From: Bacteroidales bacterium
GTDB taxonomy: Bacteria > Bacteroidota > Bacteroidia > Bacteroidales > UBA932
Direction of reading: 5' to 3'
Length of the DNA: 64,000 nt
NCBI GenBank assembly: GCA_017423025.1
Contig: JAFPGC010000030.1
Coordinates: 9,133 to 73,132 of the forward strand
Part shown: one piece after another, positions 17,306 through 25,984 of the stretch
Position numbering within the stretch: the first letter of the stretch is position 1
Layout of the letters: the number at the start of each line of letters is the position of its first letter
The notes under the pieces: generated by a model
The model's database searches: none
The model's input: only the letters and a program-made list of their open reading frames with translations
Told to the model about the DNA's origin: nothing
Position numbers and translations under genes: made by a program

Positions 17306-17970
17306 AACTGCCAGTCTATGGGCTCCAGGCCCTCGGAAACTAGGATTTGATTGGTCTTGGAAAAATGCCGGCACCCGAAGAAAGCCCCCCGGGCCAGCGG
17401 AGAAGGATGCGCCGCCATAAGCACATGGTGCCTGGACATATCAATAAGGGCCGATTTCTCCTGCGCATAGCGTCCCCACAGCAGGAAAACAAGTCCGCTG
17501 CGCTGGGCCGACAAGTAGGAGATGACGGCGTCGGTGAACTCCTGCCAGCCTATGTTGCTGTGCGAGGTGGGAAGCCCCGCCAGCACGGTGAGCACGCTGT
17601 TGAGGAGCAGCACGCCCTGCCGGGCCCAGGGCTCCAGGTTGGTGGCACCGCTCATGCGCACCCCCAGGTCGCTCTCAATCTCCTTGAAAATGTTCTTGAG
17701 GGAGGGGGGAGCGGGAATGCCGTCCGGCACGGAGAAGGAAAGGCCCATGGCCTGCCCGGGACCGTGATAAGGGTCCTGGCCCAGGATGACCACCTTCACA
17801 TCCGGCACTGGCGTGAGGTCGAAGGCGTGGAAAATCTGGCTTCCGGGCGGGTAGATGACCTTTCCGGCGGCCTTTTCCTGATGCAGAAAGCGCACCAGAT
17901 GGGCGAAATACGGTTTCTCGAATTCGCCCGCCAGTGCGTTTTTCCAACTCTGTTCGATTCTTACATCCAT
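17302..17970 (-). CDS. ung: Uracil-DNA glycosylase
   Basis: VVILGQDPYHG, GLSFSV, PPSLKNI, GVLLLNSVLTV, HPSPL. Confidence 0.97.
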   Translation of the reverse strand: MDVRIEQSWKNALAGEFEKPYFAHLVRFLHQEKAAGKVIYPPGSQIFHAFDLTPVPDVKVVILGQDPYHGPGQAMGLSFSVPDGIPAPPSLKNIFKEIESDLGVRMSGATNLEPWARQGVLLLNSVLTVLAGLPTSHSNIGWQEFTDAVISYLSAQRSGLVFLLWGRYAQEKSALIDMSRHHVLMAAHPSPLARGAFFGCRHFSKTNQILVSEGLEPIDWQL

Positions 17971-17973
17971 TGT

Positions 17974-20379
17974 CTAGAAGATGAAGTCAATCACGTCGTG
18001 GATCGTCTTCACATAGACAAAGATAAGACCTTTTATGTAAATTTCCTTGATATCCTCCACATCTTTTCGGTTTTCCTCCGAAATGACGATGGTGTGCACC
18101 CCGGCGCGTTTGGCGGCCAGGATCTTCTCCTTGATGCCTCCCACCGGCAGCACACGGCCGCGGAGGGTCATCTCGCCCGTCATGGCAATGCCCTTCTTGA
18201 GGGCCTGCCCGCGCAGGGCGCTCACCATGGAACTCACCATGGTAATACCGGCCGAAGGTCCGTCCTTGGGCGTGGCGCCTTCCGGTACGTGCAGGTGGAT
18301 GTCCTTCTTCATAAACTCTTCCGTGGTGGTTCCGGCCAGTTCCGGATGGGCCTTGATGTACTGCCAGGCAATCTGGGCGCTCTCTTTCATCACGTCTCCC
18401 AGGTTGCCGGTCATGGACAGGTTGCCCTTACCGTCGCTCACCTGGCTTTCCACAAAGAGCACTTCGCCGCCCATTTCGGTCCAGGCCAGGCCGGTGACCA
18501 CGCCCACACCCTCATTGCCGGCCACATCGTCATGGTAGGAGGTGGGCAGGCCCAGATACTCCTTCAGATGTTCGGGGCCGATAACCTTGGGGAACTCCTG
18601 CTCCAGGGCCATTTTCTTGGCCGTCACGCGGGCTACCTTAGCAATCTGCTTCTCCAGGCCGCGGACGCCGCTCTCGTGGGTGTACTTGTCCACGATCTCC
18701 TGCAGGGCCTCGTCGGAGATGGAGAGCTCATCGGCCCTTAAGCCGTGCTCCGTGAGCTGCTTGGGGACCAGGTAGTTATGGGCGATCTGGAGCTTTTCTT
18801 CGGCCAGATAACCGCTTACGTTGATCATTTCCATGCGGTCCTTCAGGGCGGGCTGGATGGTGCCGATGCCGTTGGCCGTGGTAATGAACAGGACGTTGGA
18901 GAGGTCGTAGTCGATGTCCAGATAATTGTCGTGGAAGGTGCTGTTCTGCTCGGGGTCCAGGGCTTCCAGCAGGGCGCTGGAAGGGTCACCCTTGAAATCA
19001 GAGGCCAGCTTGTCAATCTCGTCCAGGACGATGACCGGGTTGGAGGTTCCGGCCCGCTGGATACCGCTCAGGATACGGCCGGGCAGGGCGCCCACGTAGG
19101 TTTTGCGGTGGCCGCGGATTTCGGCCTCGTCGTGCATGCCGCCCAGGGAGATGCGGATGTATTTGCGGCCCAGGGCGCGTGCGATGGACTTGCCCAGCGA
19201 GGTCTTACCCACTCCGGGAGGGCCCCACAGGCACAGGATGGGCGATTTCATGTTGCCCTTCAGTTTGAGGACGGCCAGGTATTCGATGATGCGGTCCTTC
19301 ACCTGGTCCAGGCCGAAGTGGTCTTCATCCAGAACCTCCTGCGCGTGCTGCAGGTCCAGGTTGTCGTCGGACATTTCTCCCCAGGGGAGGTCCAACATGA
19401 ACTGGATGTAGGCGAACTGGATGCTGTAGTCCGGGGAGGTGGGGTTGTATTTCTCCAGACGGGCCATTTCCTTGTCGAAGATGGCGCGCACTTCCTTGGA
19501 CCACTTCTTTTCATCGGCCCTGCGGCGCATCTTCTCGAATTCTTCGCCTTCGTCCATTCCCAGTTCTTCCTGGATGGTGCGCAGCTGGTTGTTCAGGTAG
19601 TATTCCCTCTGCTGCTGGTCGATGTCCGTCTTGACCTTCTGGTTAATCTCCTGCTTGATCTGCAGCAGCTGGGTCTGGGCGTCCAGAACCTTGAGCAGAG
19701 CCATGCCGCGCTCCTGGATGTTGGTGATGGTGAGGAGGTTGGTGCGCTCCTGGAAGTTCTCGACCTCGATGGTGGTGGCGATGAAGTTGACCAGGAAGTG
19801 GAAGTTCTCGATGCTGCGGAGGGCGCCGATGGCCTCCTTCGGGGCGAAGGACGAGGACTTCACAATCATGGCGGCCTTTTCCTTGAGGGAATCGGCCAGG
19901 ACGCGCAGCTCACGCTCGTCGGCATCGGCCGGCACCTCCTCTTCCAAGTAGTTCACGCGCGCCATCATATAAGGTTCGTAACTGACTATGGAGTCCAGGC
20001 CGATGAGCTGGGAACCCTGGAGGATGGCTGTCACGCTGCCGTCGGGCATCTCCAGCGTCTTGATGAGCTTGCACACCGTGCCGTGGCTGCACAAATCGGC
20101 CTCCGTGGGTTCTTCTACGGAAATATCGGCCTGGGGAATGGCTACGAGCCATCCGCTGCCGCCTTCTACGTCGCTGACCAGTTTGATGCTCTTTTCGCGG
20201 CCCACCGTTACGGGGAAGACGGTGCCGGGGAAAATGACGGCGTTGCGCAGGGGCAGCACCGGCAGGGCGGGGGGAAGCTCCGAGGTGTCCACTTTCATGG
20301 ACGCGGCTTCTCCCACCACGGGCATTATGTTCACTTCTACTCCCGCAGGAGCGTTCATTTTATCTAAAAAATCCATCAT
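17974..20379 (-). CDS. lon: ATP-dependent Lon protease
   Basis: LON N-domain LPVLPLRN, Walker A GPPGVGKTS, LDEIDK, catalytic PKDGPSAG, PVGGIKEK. Exact start uncertain (20376/20379/20388). Confidence 0.97.
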   Translation of the reverse strand: MMDFLDKMNAPAGVEVNIMPVVGEAASMKVDTSELPPALPVLPLRNAVIFPGTVFPVTVGREKSIKLVSDVEGGSGWLVAIPQADISVEEPTEADLCSHGTVCKLIKTLEMPDGSVTAILQGSQLIGLDSIVSYEPYMMARVNYLEEEVPADADERELRVLADSLKEKAAMIVKSSSFAPKEAIGALRSIENFHFLVNFIATTIEVENFQERTNLLTITNIQERGMALLKVLDAQTQLLQIKQEINQKVKTDIDQQQREYYLNNQLRTIQEELGMDEGEEFEKMRRRADEKKWSKEVRAIFDKEMARLEKYNPTSPDYSIQFAYIQFMLDLPWGEMSDDNLDLQHAQEVLDEDHFGLDQVKDRIIEYLAVLKLKGNMKSPILCLWGPPGVGKTSLGKSIARALGRKYIRISLGGMHDEAEIRGHRKTYVGALPGRILSGIQRAGTSNPVIVLDEIDKLASDFKGDPSSALLEALDPEQNSTFHDNYLDIDYDLSNVLFITTANGIGTIQPALKDRMEMINVSGYLAEEKLQIAHNYLVPKQLTEHGLRADELSISDEALQEIVDKYTHESGVRGLEKQIAKVARVTAKKMALEQEFPKVIGPEHLKEYLGLPTSYHDDVAGNEGVGVVTGLAWTEMGGEVLFVESQVSDGKGNLSMTGNLGDVMKESAQIAWQYIKAHPELAGTTTEEFMKKDIHLHVPEGATPKDGPSAGITMVSSMVSALRGQALKKGIAMTGEMTLRGRVLPVGGIKEKILAAKRAGVHTIVISEENRKDVEDIKEIYIKGLIFVYVKTIHDVIDFIF

Positions 20380-20566
20380 ATCTGCCAAAATGTCATATCA
20401 AGAGGGCACAATATACCCATAAAGTGCCGGACCCTAATATGGTCAAGATGCGTGCCAAAAGAAAAAACGGCAGAATGTGACATAATATTTTGAAATATAA
20501 GAAATTTAGTCTAATTTTGCCAAGATTTTCCCCCACGAGGAAACTTAATTTAAAACTATAAAAACT

Positions 20567-20845
20567 ATGACTAAGGCAGAGATTGTAAACGAAGTAGCAA
20601 AGACTACCGGTTTTGAAAAGGCACAGGTACTGGCCGTTATCGAAGAATTCACCAATGTGGTTAAGGGTTCCCTTATCGCTGGCAACCCCGTTTACATGCG
20701 TGGTTTCGGCAGCTTCATCATCAAGCATCGCGCTCAGAAGGCTGCCCGCAACATCACCCGCAAGACCACGATGACCATTCCGGCCCACGACATTCCGGCC
20801 TTCAAGCCTGCCAAGAGCTTCGTTAACGCTGTTAAAGAGAAATAA
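20567..20845 (+). CDS. hup: DNA-binding protein HU
   Basis: MTKAEIV...RGFGSF...ARNI...PAFKPAK; TAATTTTG promoter element at 20512-20519. Confidence 0.95.
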   Translation: MTKAEIVNEVAKTTGFEKAQVLAVIEEFTNVVKGSLIAGNPVYMRGFGSFIIKHRAQKAARNITRKTTMTIPAHDIPAFKPAKSFVNAVKEK

Positions 20846-20864
20846 ACCTTTAATTATTTAAGTT

Positions 20865-20954
20865 ATGCCTAACGGTAAGAAGCATAAGAGACACAAGATG
20901 GCTACGCACAAGCGTAAGAAGCGCTTGCGCAAGAACCGCCACAAGAAGAAGTAA
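20865..20954 (+). CDS. 30S ribosomal protein bS22 (AURKAIP1/COX24/mS38-type basic peptide)
   Basis: Below the ORF-track cutoff. Translates to MPNGKKHKRHKMATHKRKKRLRKNRHKKK*, the bS22 pattern KRxKMxxHKxKKxxRK, with an A-rich initiation region. Confidence 0.85.
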   Translation: MPNGKKHKRHKMATHKRKKRLRKNRHKKK

Positions 20955-20972
20955 TAAGCTTCTTCAAAGAGT

Positions 20973-21003
20973 AAAGGGCTTGCAGACTAAGCGCAGGCCC
21001 TTT
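20973..21003 (+). terminator. Hairpin/terminator after hup-bS22
   Basis: AAAGGGCTTGC...GCAGGCCCTTT inverted repeat with only a short T tail. Confidence 0.5.
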
Positions 21004-21028
21004 GTCATACCAAACCTCAAATTTCCAA

Positions 21029-22594
21029 ATGGAGTCTGAAAAACCGGACAAGGATCTGATTGTTGACGTTACGTCAACGGAGGTACATATCGCCCTGATG
21101 GAGAATCACCGGCTGATAGAGTACAACACGGAGTCCAGCACTGGGAACCAGTTTTCGGTAGGAGACGTTTACCTGGGAAAGGTAAAGAAGATTCTCCCCA
21201 ATCTCAATGCTGCCTTTGTGGATATCGGAGACAAGAAGGAAGCCTTCATCCACTATCTGGACCTGGGACTTTACTTCAACGCCTTTGACCAGTTTGTACG
21301 GGAGTCCAACTCGAATACCAACCTCAAGGATTTGTATTCGGGCATCAAGATCGGCCAGCCTCTTCCCAAAGAGGGCCGTGTGGAGGAATACCTCCGCCCC
21401 GGACAGATGGTGGTGGTTCAGATAGTGAAGGAACCTATCTCCACAAAGGGTTCACGACTGACTGCGGAAATTTCATTGGCAGGACGAAACATCGTACTTC
21501 TCCCCTTCGCAGAGAAAGTATCCATTTCCCAGAAGATTGGATCGAAGGAAGAGAAACGTAGACTCGAGACACTGGTCAGGAGCATCCTTCCCAAAAACTA
21601 CGGGGCCATTATCCGTACCGCGGCCGAAGGCAAAAACGCCGCCACGCTGGTAGGAGAGACGGAATCCCTTATCCAAAAGTGGGAAGATTCCTGGAAGAAG
21701 ATTGCCAAAAACAAGAACGTCCAGCTGCTGTTCACGGAATACAGCAAAACCACTACCGTTCTGAGGGACCTCCTCAACGACTCGTTCTCCAACATCTGGA
21801 TCAACGACGAGCGTGTGGCCGAAGAAGCCCGGAAGTACGTTTCGCTCATCTCTCCGGAGCAGGAAAAGATTGTCCACCTGTACGAAGGCAAGCAGCCCAT
21901 CTACGACCACTTTGAGGTCACCCGACAGATCAAGGGCTCGTTCGGTAAGGTGGTACCCATGCGGCAGGGCGCCTATCTGGTAATCGAGACCACCGAAGCG
22001 CTGAATGTAATTGACGTTAACAGCGGCATCCGCACCAAGACCAACGACCAGGAAGAGAATTCCTTCGAGGTCAACAAGATAGCCGCAGAAGAAATTGCAC
22101 GGCAACTCCGGCTCCGCGATATGGGAGGCATCGTGATAGTAGACTTCATAGACATGGAGTCCAACGATCACAAGAACGCCCTCCACAAGTACATGCAGGA
22201 GCTCATGGAAGCCGACAGAGCCAAGCACAACGTGCTCCCGCTCACCAAGTTCGGGTTGATGCAGATCACCCGGCAGCGCATAAGGCCCGTAACGGAAATC
22301 AACACGTCCGAGCAGTGTCCCGTGTGTCATGGCACCGGAAAAATCCATTCCAGTGTGGTCATTGACGAAGAAATCGAGCGCAAGATTGCCTTCTACGTCA
22401 TTGAAAAAGGAGTCCGGTCCATCACTCTCAAAACCAGCCCCATCCTGGGAGCCTATCTCAAACGGGGGCTGTTCAATTCCTTCCTCTCCCGCTGGCGCAA
22501 GCGCTACAAGGTGAAACTGGAACTAAAGGAAGTGACCGATTTCACGGTCCTGCAAAATGAAATGTATAACGAAAAAGGGGACAAGCTCGAATAG
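21029..22594 (+). CDS. rng: Ribonuclease E/G family
   Basis: S1 domain (YLGKVKKILPNLNAAFVDIG), KEPISTKG, VIDVNSG, EIARQLRLRDMGGIVIVDFIDM, CPVCHGTG. Confidence 0.95.
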   Translation: MESEKPDKDLIVDVTSTEVHIALMENHRLIEYNTESSTGNQFSVGDVYLGKVKKILPNLNAAFVDIGDKKEAFIHYLDLGLYFNAFDQFVRESNSNTNLKDLYSGIKIGQPLPKEGRVEEYLRPGQMVVVQIVKEPISTKGSRLTAEISLAGRNIVLLPFAEKVSISQKIGSKEEKRRLETLVRSILPKNYGAIIRTAAEGKNAATLVGETESLIQKWEDSWKKIAKNKNVQLLFTEYSKTTTVLRDLLNDSFSNIWINDERVAEEARKYVSLISPEQEKIVHLYEGKQPIYDHFEVTRQIKGSFGKVVPMRQGAYLVIETTEALNVIDVNSGIRTKTNDQEENSFEVNKIAAEEIARQLRLRDMGGIVIVDFIDMESNDHKNALHKYMQELMEADRAKHNVLPLTKFGLMQITRQRIRPVTEINTSEQCPVCHGTGKIHSSVVIDEEIERKIAFYVIEKGVRSITLKTSPILGAYLKRGLFNSFLSRWRKRYKVKLELKEVTDFTVLQNEMYNEKGDKLE

Positions 22595-22610
22595 GCTTGC
22601 CCCTTTTTTT
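22573..22610 (+). terminator. Intrinsic terminator overlapping the rng stop codon
   Basis: AAGGGGACAAGC-loop-GCTTGCCCCTT followed by a T run. Confidence 0.75.
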
Positions 22611-22696
22611 CTTACCATTCTCCATGATAAAACCATCCTCCGGGAAATTATTTTTGGTGCAGTAGCCCCAAAAACCAATTTCCCGGAAGATTAATG

Positions 22697-23266
22697 CTAA
22701 ATTGTCAATCCGGCTTTGACTTTTTCTGCAGCCTCGTCGCCCTTCAGATAACGGAGGATGGCGAGGCCGAAGTTTACGGCGTGGCCAGCCCCGCGGCCGG
22801 TGATGAGATTGCCGTCGGTGACGGTGCTTTCCGGCGTGTGGACGGCGCCCTGGGCAATGAGGGATTCCTCAAAGCCCGGGAAGCAAGTAAACTTGCGGCC
22901 TTGCAGGCCAGGCAGTTGGGATACCACCAGGCCGGGCGCAGCGCAAATAGCTGCTACAGCACCTCCCCGGGCCCAATGGTCCTGCAGGATCTCCATGAGT
23001 TCCGCGTGCTGTGCCAGGTTCTTGGAACCAGGCATACCGCCCGGGAAAATCATCACGTCAGATGCATCGGTGCCGGGTTCAACCACCTCCACATCGACCC
23101 AACTGACATCGGCCATTACCTGCATTCCATGGGAACTCTCCACTACATATTCATCCGTAATGGATACCGTCAAAACCGGCACGCCGCCCCTTACCAGCAC
23201 GTCCCGCGTGCCCAGGGCTTCCATATCTTCAAAGCCATTGGCTAAAAAAAGCGTTACTCCTTTCAT
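22697..23266 (-). CDS. DJ-1/PfpI (ThiJ/YajL) family protein
   Basis: LANGFEDMEA, FPGGMPGS, AAICAAP, DGNLITGRGAG. Confidence 0.93.
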   Translation of the reverse strand: MKGVTLFLANGFEDMEALGTRDVLVRGGVPVLTVSITDEYVVESSHGMQVMADVSWVDVEVVEPGTDASDVMIFPGGMPGSKNLAQHAELMEILQDHWARGGAVAAICAAPGLVVSQLPGLQGRKFTCFPGFEESLIAQGAVHTPESTVTDGNLITGRGAGHAVNFGLAILRYLKGDEAAEKVKAGLTI

Positions 23267-23283
23267 AATAATTCAAATTTCCT

Positions 23284-23322
23284 CAAAGATAGCACTTTTT
23301 CCAAAGAATTGTTATATCTTTG
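23284..23322. promoter_or_regulatory. Back-to-back -7 elements for the DJ-1 gene (minus, 23284-23291) and tRNA-Gln (plus, 23315-23322)
   Basis: CAAAGATA and TATCTTTG. Confidence 0.7.
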
Positions 23323-23333
23323 CAGCCCGGTAT

Positions 23334-23404
23334 TGAACTGTGGTGTAATGGTAGCACTAGGGATTTTGGTTCCCTCAGTCAGCGTTCGAATCGCTGCAGT
23401 TCAA
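23334..23404 (+). tRNA. tRNA-Gln(UUG)
   Basis: Acceptor stem TGAACTG/CAGTTCA, D arm TGGTGTAATGGTAGCAC, anticodon arm AGGGA-TTTTGGT-TCCCT (TTG), T arm CAGCG-TTCGAAT-CGCTG; CCA not encoded. Confidence 0.96.
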
Positions 23405-23443
23405 CAAAAATAGCGCCCTCAAAAGGGCGCTATTTTTGTTGAA
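23400..23443. terminator. Bidirectional terminator, perfect 20-bp inverted repeat
   Basis: TTCAACAAAAATAGCGCCCT-CAAA-AGGGCGCTATTTTTGTTGAA between the tRNA and a convergent gene. Confidence 0.85.
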
Positions 23444-23472
23444 TAAAGGCCTTTTCGTCTATTTGAAATAAT

Positions 23473-24150
23473 CTAGTTTCTCCTGTTTGCCATAGAGATG
23501 TAGTACAATAGCGTTGCCAGGGAGCTGACGGCGGCTATTATGTAGGTGTAGGCGGCCCATTTGAGGGCGTCCTTGGCCATGGGCTCGGTTTCGTAGCTTA
23601 CGATGCCGGCATCTGAGAGCCAGTTCACGGCGCGCTGGCTGGCATTGATCTCTACCGGGAGGGTGATGAGGCTGAAGAGAGTGGTAAGGGCAAAGAGGCC
23701 GATACCGATCCACAGCAGGGAAGGGACTACATTGATGAGCAGTATGCCCGCCAGCAGCACCCAGGAGACCACATTGCTGGAAAAGGAGACCACCGGTACC
23801 AGGGCCGAGCGCATCTTCAGGGGAGCGTAGCCCGTGGCATGCTGCACCACGTGGCCGCATTCGTGGGCGGCGACGGCCGCGGCGGCCACCGAGCGGCCGT
23901 AATACACGCCTTCGCTCAGGTTGACGGTTTTGGTGGTAGGGTCGTAATGGTCTGTGAGTTTGCCGTTGATGGAGACAATCTTCACGTCCCGGATGCCATG
24001 GGCGGCCAGCATACGGCTGGCTACCTCGGCCCCGGTTATGGCTACGGGAATCTGACCGTATTTGTCAAAGCGACTCTGGAGCGTGGCCTGCACCAGGCGG
24101 CTTAATATCATGACTACAATAAACAGGATCCAAATGAGAGTAGAGGACAT
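23473..24150 (-). CDS. Putative neutral zinc metallopeptidase (YugP/Zn_peptidase_2 family)
   Basis: LTDHYDP, VAAHECGH (HExxH), TLPVEINASQRA, AAYTY. Confidence 0.92.
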   Translation of the reverse strand: MSSTLIWILFIVVMILSRLVQATLQSRFDKYGQIPVAITGAEVASRMLAAHGIRDVKIVSINGKLTDHYDPTTKTVNLSEGVYYGRSVAAAAVAAHECGHVVQHATGYAPLKMRSALVPVVSFSSNVVSWVLLAGILLINVVPSLLWIGIGLFALTTLFSLITLPVEINASQRAVNWLSDAGIVSYETEPMAKDALKWAAYTYIIAAVSSLATLLYYISMANRRN

Positions 24151-24258
24151 ATCTTTGTATTATTTGTATTCTGATGACAACCCCACATATATCGCTCCTA
24201 CTGCAAAAATAAACATTTTTTATGACTATATGTCAGTCCAAAATGTTAATTTTGCAGT

Positions 24259-25359
24259 ATGATTGAGGACGATTTCTCCCGCCTGGAACTGAATCTGAAG
24301 GCTGCCACGGAGAATTTCAGATATTTCCGCTCCCTGCTGGAGCCCCAGACCAAACTGCTGGTTTTGGTCAAGGCCAACGCATATGGTCACGGAGCGGTGG
24401 AGTTTGCCGCCATGATGCAGCGCGCCGGGGCCGATTACCTGGCCGTGGCCTACCCCGTGGAGGGGCTGGAACTGCGCCGCAACGGTATCTCCCTGCCCAT
24501 CCTGGTCCTCACCGCCGGTACGGATTTCTATCCGGAAATCATCGAAACCCGCATGGAACCCTCCATCCCCAATCTCGAAGCCCTCAAAAAGCTGGTGGGC
24601 ATTCTGCGGGAAAAGGGTTTGAAGGATTACCCCATCCACATCAAGCTGGACACCGGTATGCACCGCCTGGGCTTCATGGAGGAAGAGCTCCCGGAGCTCA
24701 TAACCTTTTTGAATCAAAGTCCCGAAGTGCGCGTGAAAGGCCTCTTTTCGCACCTCTGCGTGGCCGATGAGCCGGACCAGGACGCCTTTTCCCTGGAGCA
24801 GATCCGCCTTTTCGAGGAGCGCACGGAGCGGGTTATCGAAGGCATAGGCTACAGGCCGATGCGCCATATCCTCAATTCCGCCGGTATCGAGCGCTTCCCG
24901 CAGTACCAGTTTGACATGGTGCGCCTGGGCATTGGCATCTACGGCATCAGCGCCCTTCCGGACGTCCATCTGGCCCCGGTGGCTTCGCTCAAGGTTAAAA
25001 TCCTGCAAATCAAGCATCTGGCGGCCGGAGATACGGTAGGGTATGGCCGATGGGGCAAAGCTGCGGAAGGCACTGTCATCGCTACCATCCCCGTGGGATA
25101 CGCCGACGGCATCGACCGGCATCTGGGCCGGGGCGCCGCCTCGTTCTCTTTGAACGGGCACCGTGTGCCCACCATCGGCAACATCTGTATGGATATGTGC
25201 ATGCTGGATGTGACCGGCGTACCCTGCACCGTGGGAGATACCGTCACCGTCTTCGGAGAGGATCCTACGGTGAGCGAACTGGCGGGCATCCTGGGAACCA
25301 TCCCTTATGAAATTATGGCTTCCATTCCCCGTCGCATCCACCGTCTGGTGGTAAGGTGA
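24259..25359 (+). CDS. alr: Alanine racemase (stand-alone)
   Basis: PLP motif VKANAYGHG, HIKLDTGMHRLG, NSAG, MVRLGIG, GYADG, ICMD, GTIPYE; TAATTTTG at 24247-24254. Confidence 0.96.
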   Translation: MIEDDFSRLELNLKAATENFRYFRSLLEPQTKLLVLVKANAYGHGAVEFAAMMQRAGADYLAVAYPVEGLELRRNGISLPILVLTAGTDFYPEIIETRMEPSIPNLEALKKLVGILREKGLKDYPIHIKLDTGMHRLGFMEEELPELITFLNQSPEVRVKGLFSHLCVADEPDQDAFSLEQIRLFEERTERVIEGIGYRPMRHILNSAGIERFPQYQFDMVRLGIGIYGISALPDVHLAPVASLKVKILQIKHLAAGDTVGYGRWGKAAEGTVIATIPVGYADGIDRHLGRGAASFSLNGHRVPTIGNICMDMCMLDVTGVPCTVGDTVTVFGEDPTVSELAGILGTIPYEIMASIPRRIHRLVVR

Positions 25360-25389
25360 TGCGATATTTACCCGTTAGGACAAAGAGTT

Positions 25390-25824
25390 TTAGCGCTTAT
25401 CCTTGAAGAAATCAAGCATCAGCTGGACGCATTCTTCCTGAAGGACGCCGCCCACCGCCTCTGTGCGGGGATGGAGGAGGGAAGGGGAGAAGAGAGAGTA
25501 GCCGCGGCGCTGGTCCGGGGCACCGTATACGACGCGGCCCACCTGGGACCAGGCCAGGGCGCCGGCACACATGGGACAGGGCTCCACGGTGACGTATAAG
25601 GTGCAGTCCGTGAGGTATTTGCCGCCCATGGTTTCGGTGGCGGCGGTGATGGCCAGCATTTCTGCGTGGGCGGTGGTGTCGTGCAGACGCTCGGTCTGGT
25701 TGTGACCCCGGCCGATGATGCGGCCTTTCCACACTATGACGGCCCCGATGGGAATCTCTCCGTCCTCGGCTGCCAGGTGCGCCTCACGAAGCGCCTCGCG
25801 CATGAATTTTTCGTCCTGTTCCAT
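25390..25824 (-). CDS. tadA: tRNA adenosine deaminase
   Basis: EIPIGAV, AHAEMLA, TVEPCPMCAGA; start ATG 25824 follows a TACCTTTG element. Confidence 0.92.
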   Translation of the reverse strand: MEQDEKFMREALREAHLAAEDGEIPIGAVIVWKGRIIGRGHNQTERLHDTTAHAEMLAITAATETMGGKYLTDCTLYVTVEPCPMCAGALAWSQVGRVVYGAPDQRRGYSLFSPSLLHPRTEAVGGVLQEECVQLMLDFFKDKR

Positions 25825-25854
25825 TTGACAAAGGTACATATTTATTTGAAAAGT

Positions 25855-25887
25855 CCCTCCCTCGAGGGGAGGGGTTTCGGGAGGGGG
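25855..25887. repeat. Purine/pyrimidine triplex- and G-quadruplex-capable intergenic element
   Basis: CCCTCCC-TCGAG-GGGAGGG-GTTTC-GGGAGGG-GG. Confidence 0.6.
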
Positions 25888-25984
25888 TAACGTAAAAATC
25901 CGAAGGACAAAGATAACTGGGAAAAGGGTGGCGTACTTCATTCTTTTTTGTTATCTTTGTATGCTAGTTAGGGGTTTGCCAAAA

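Noticed and set aside
17347-20367. Plus-strand ORFs of 464 and 540 aa opposite ung and lon; similar shadows at 39141-43307 and 54356-56362
   Set aside because: Same codon-bias artefact; fully overlapped by well-supported genes.
20393-20788. 131-aa minus-strand ORF over hup and the lon/hup spacer
   Set aside because: Antisense to HU and crossing promoter DNA; no coding signature.
23334-23470. tRNA-Gln as an integration site for a genomic island
   Set aside because: No integrase, no repeated tRNA 3' end seen, and the flanks are housekeeping genes.
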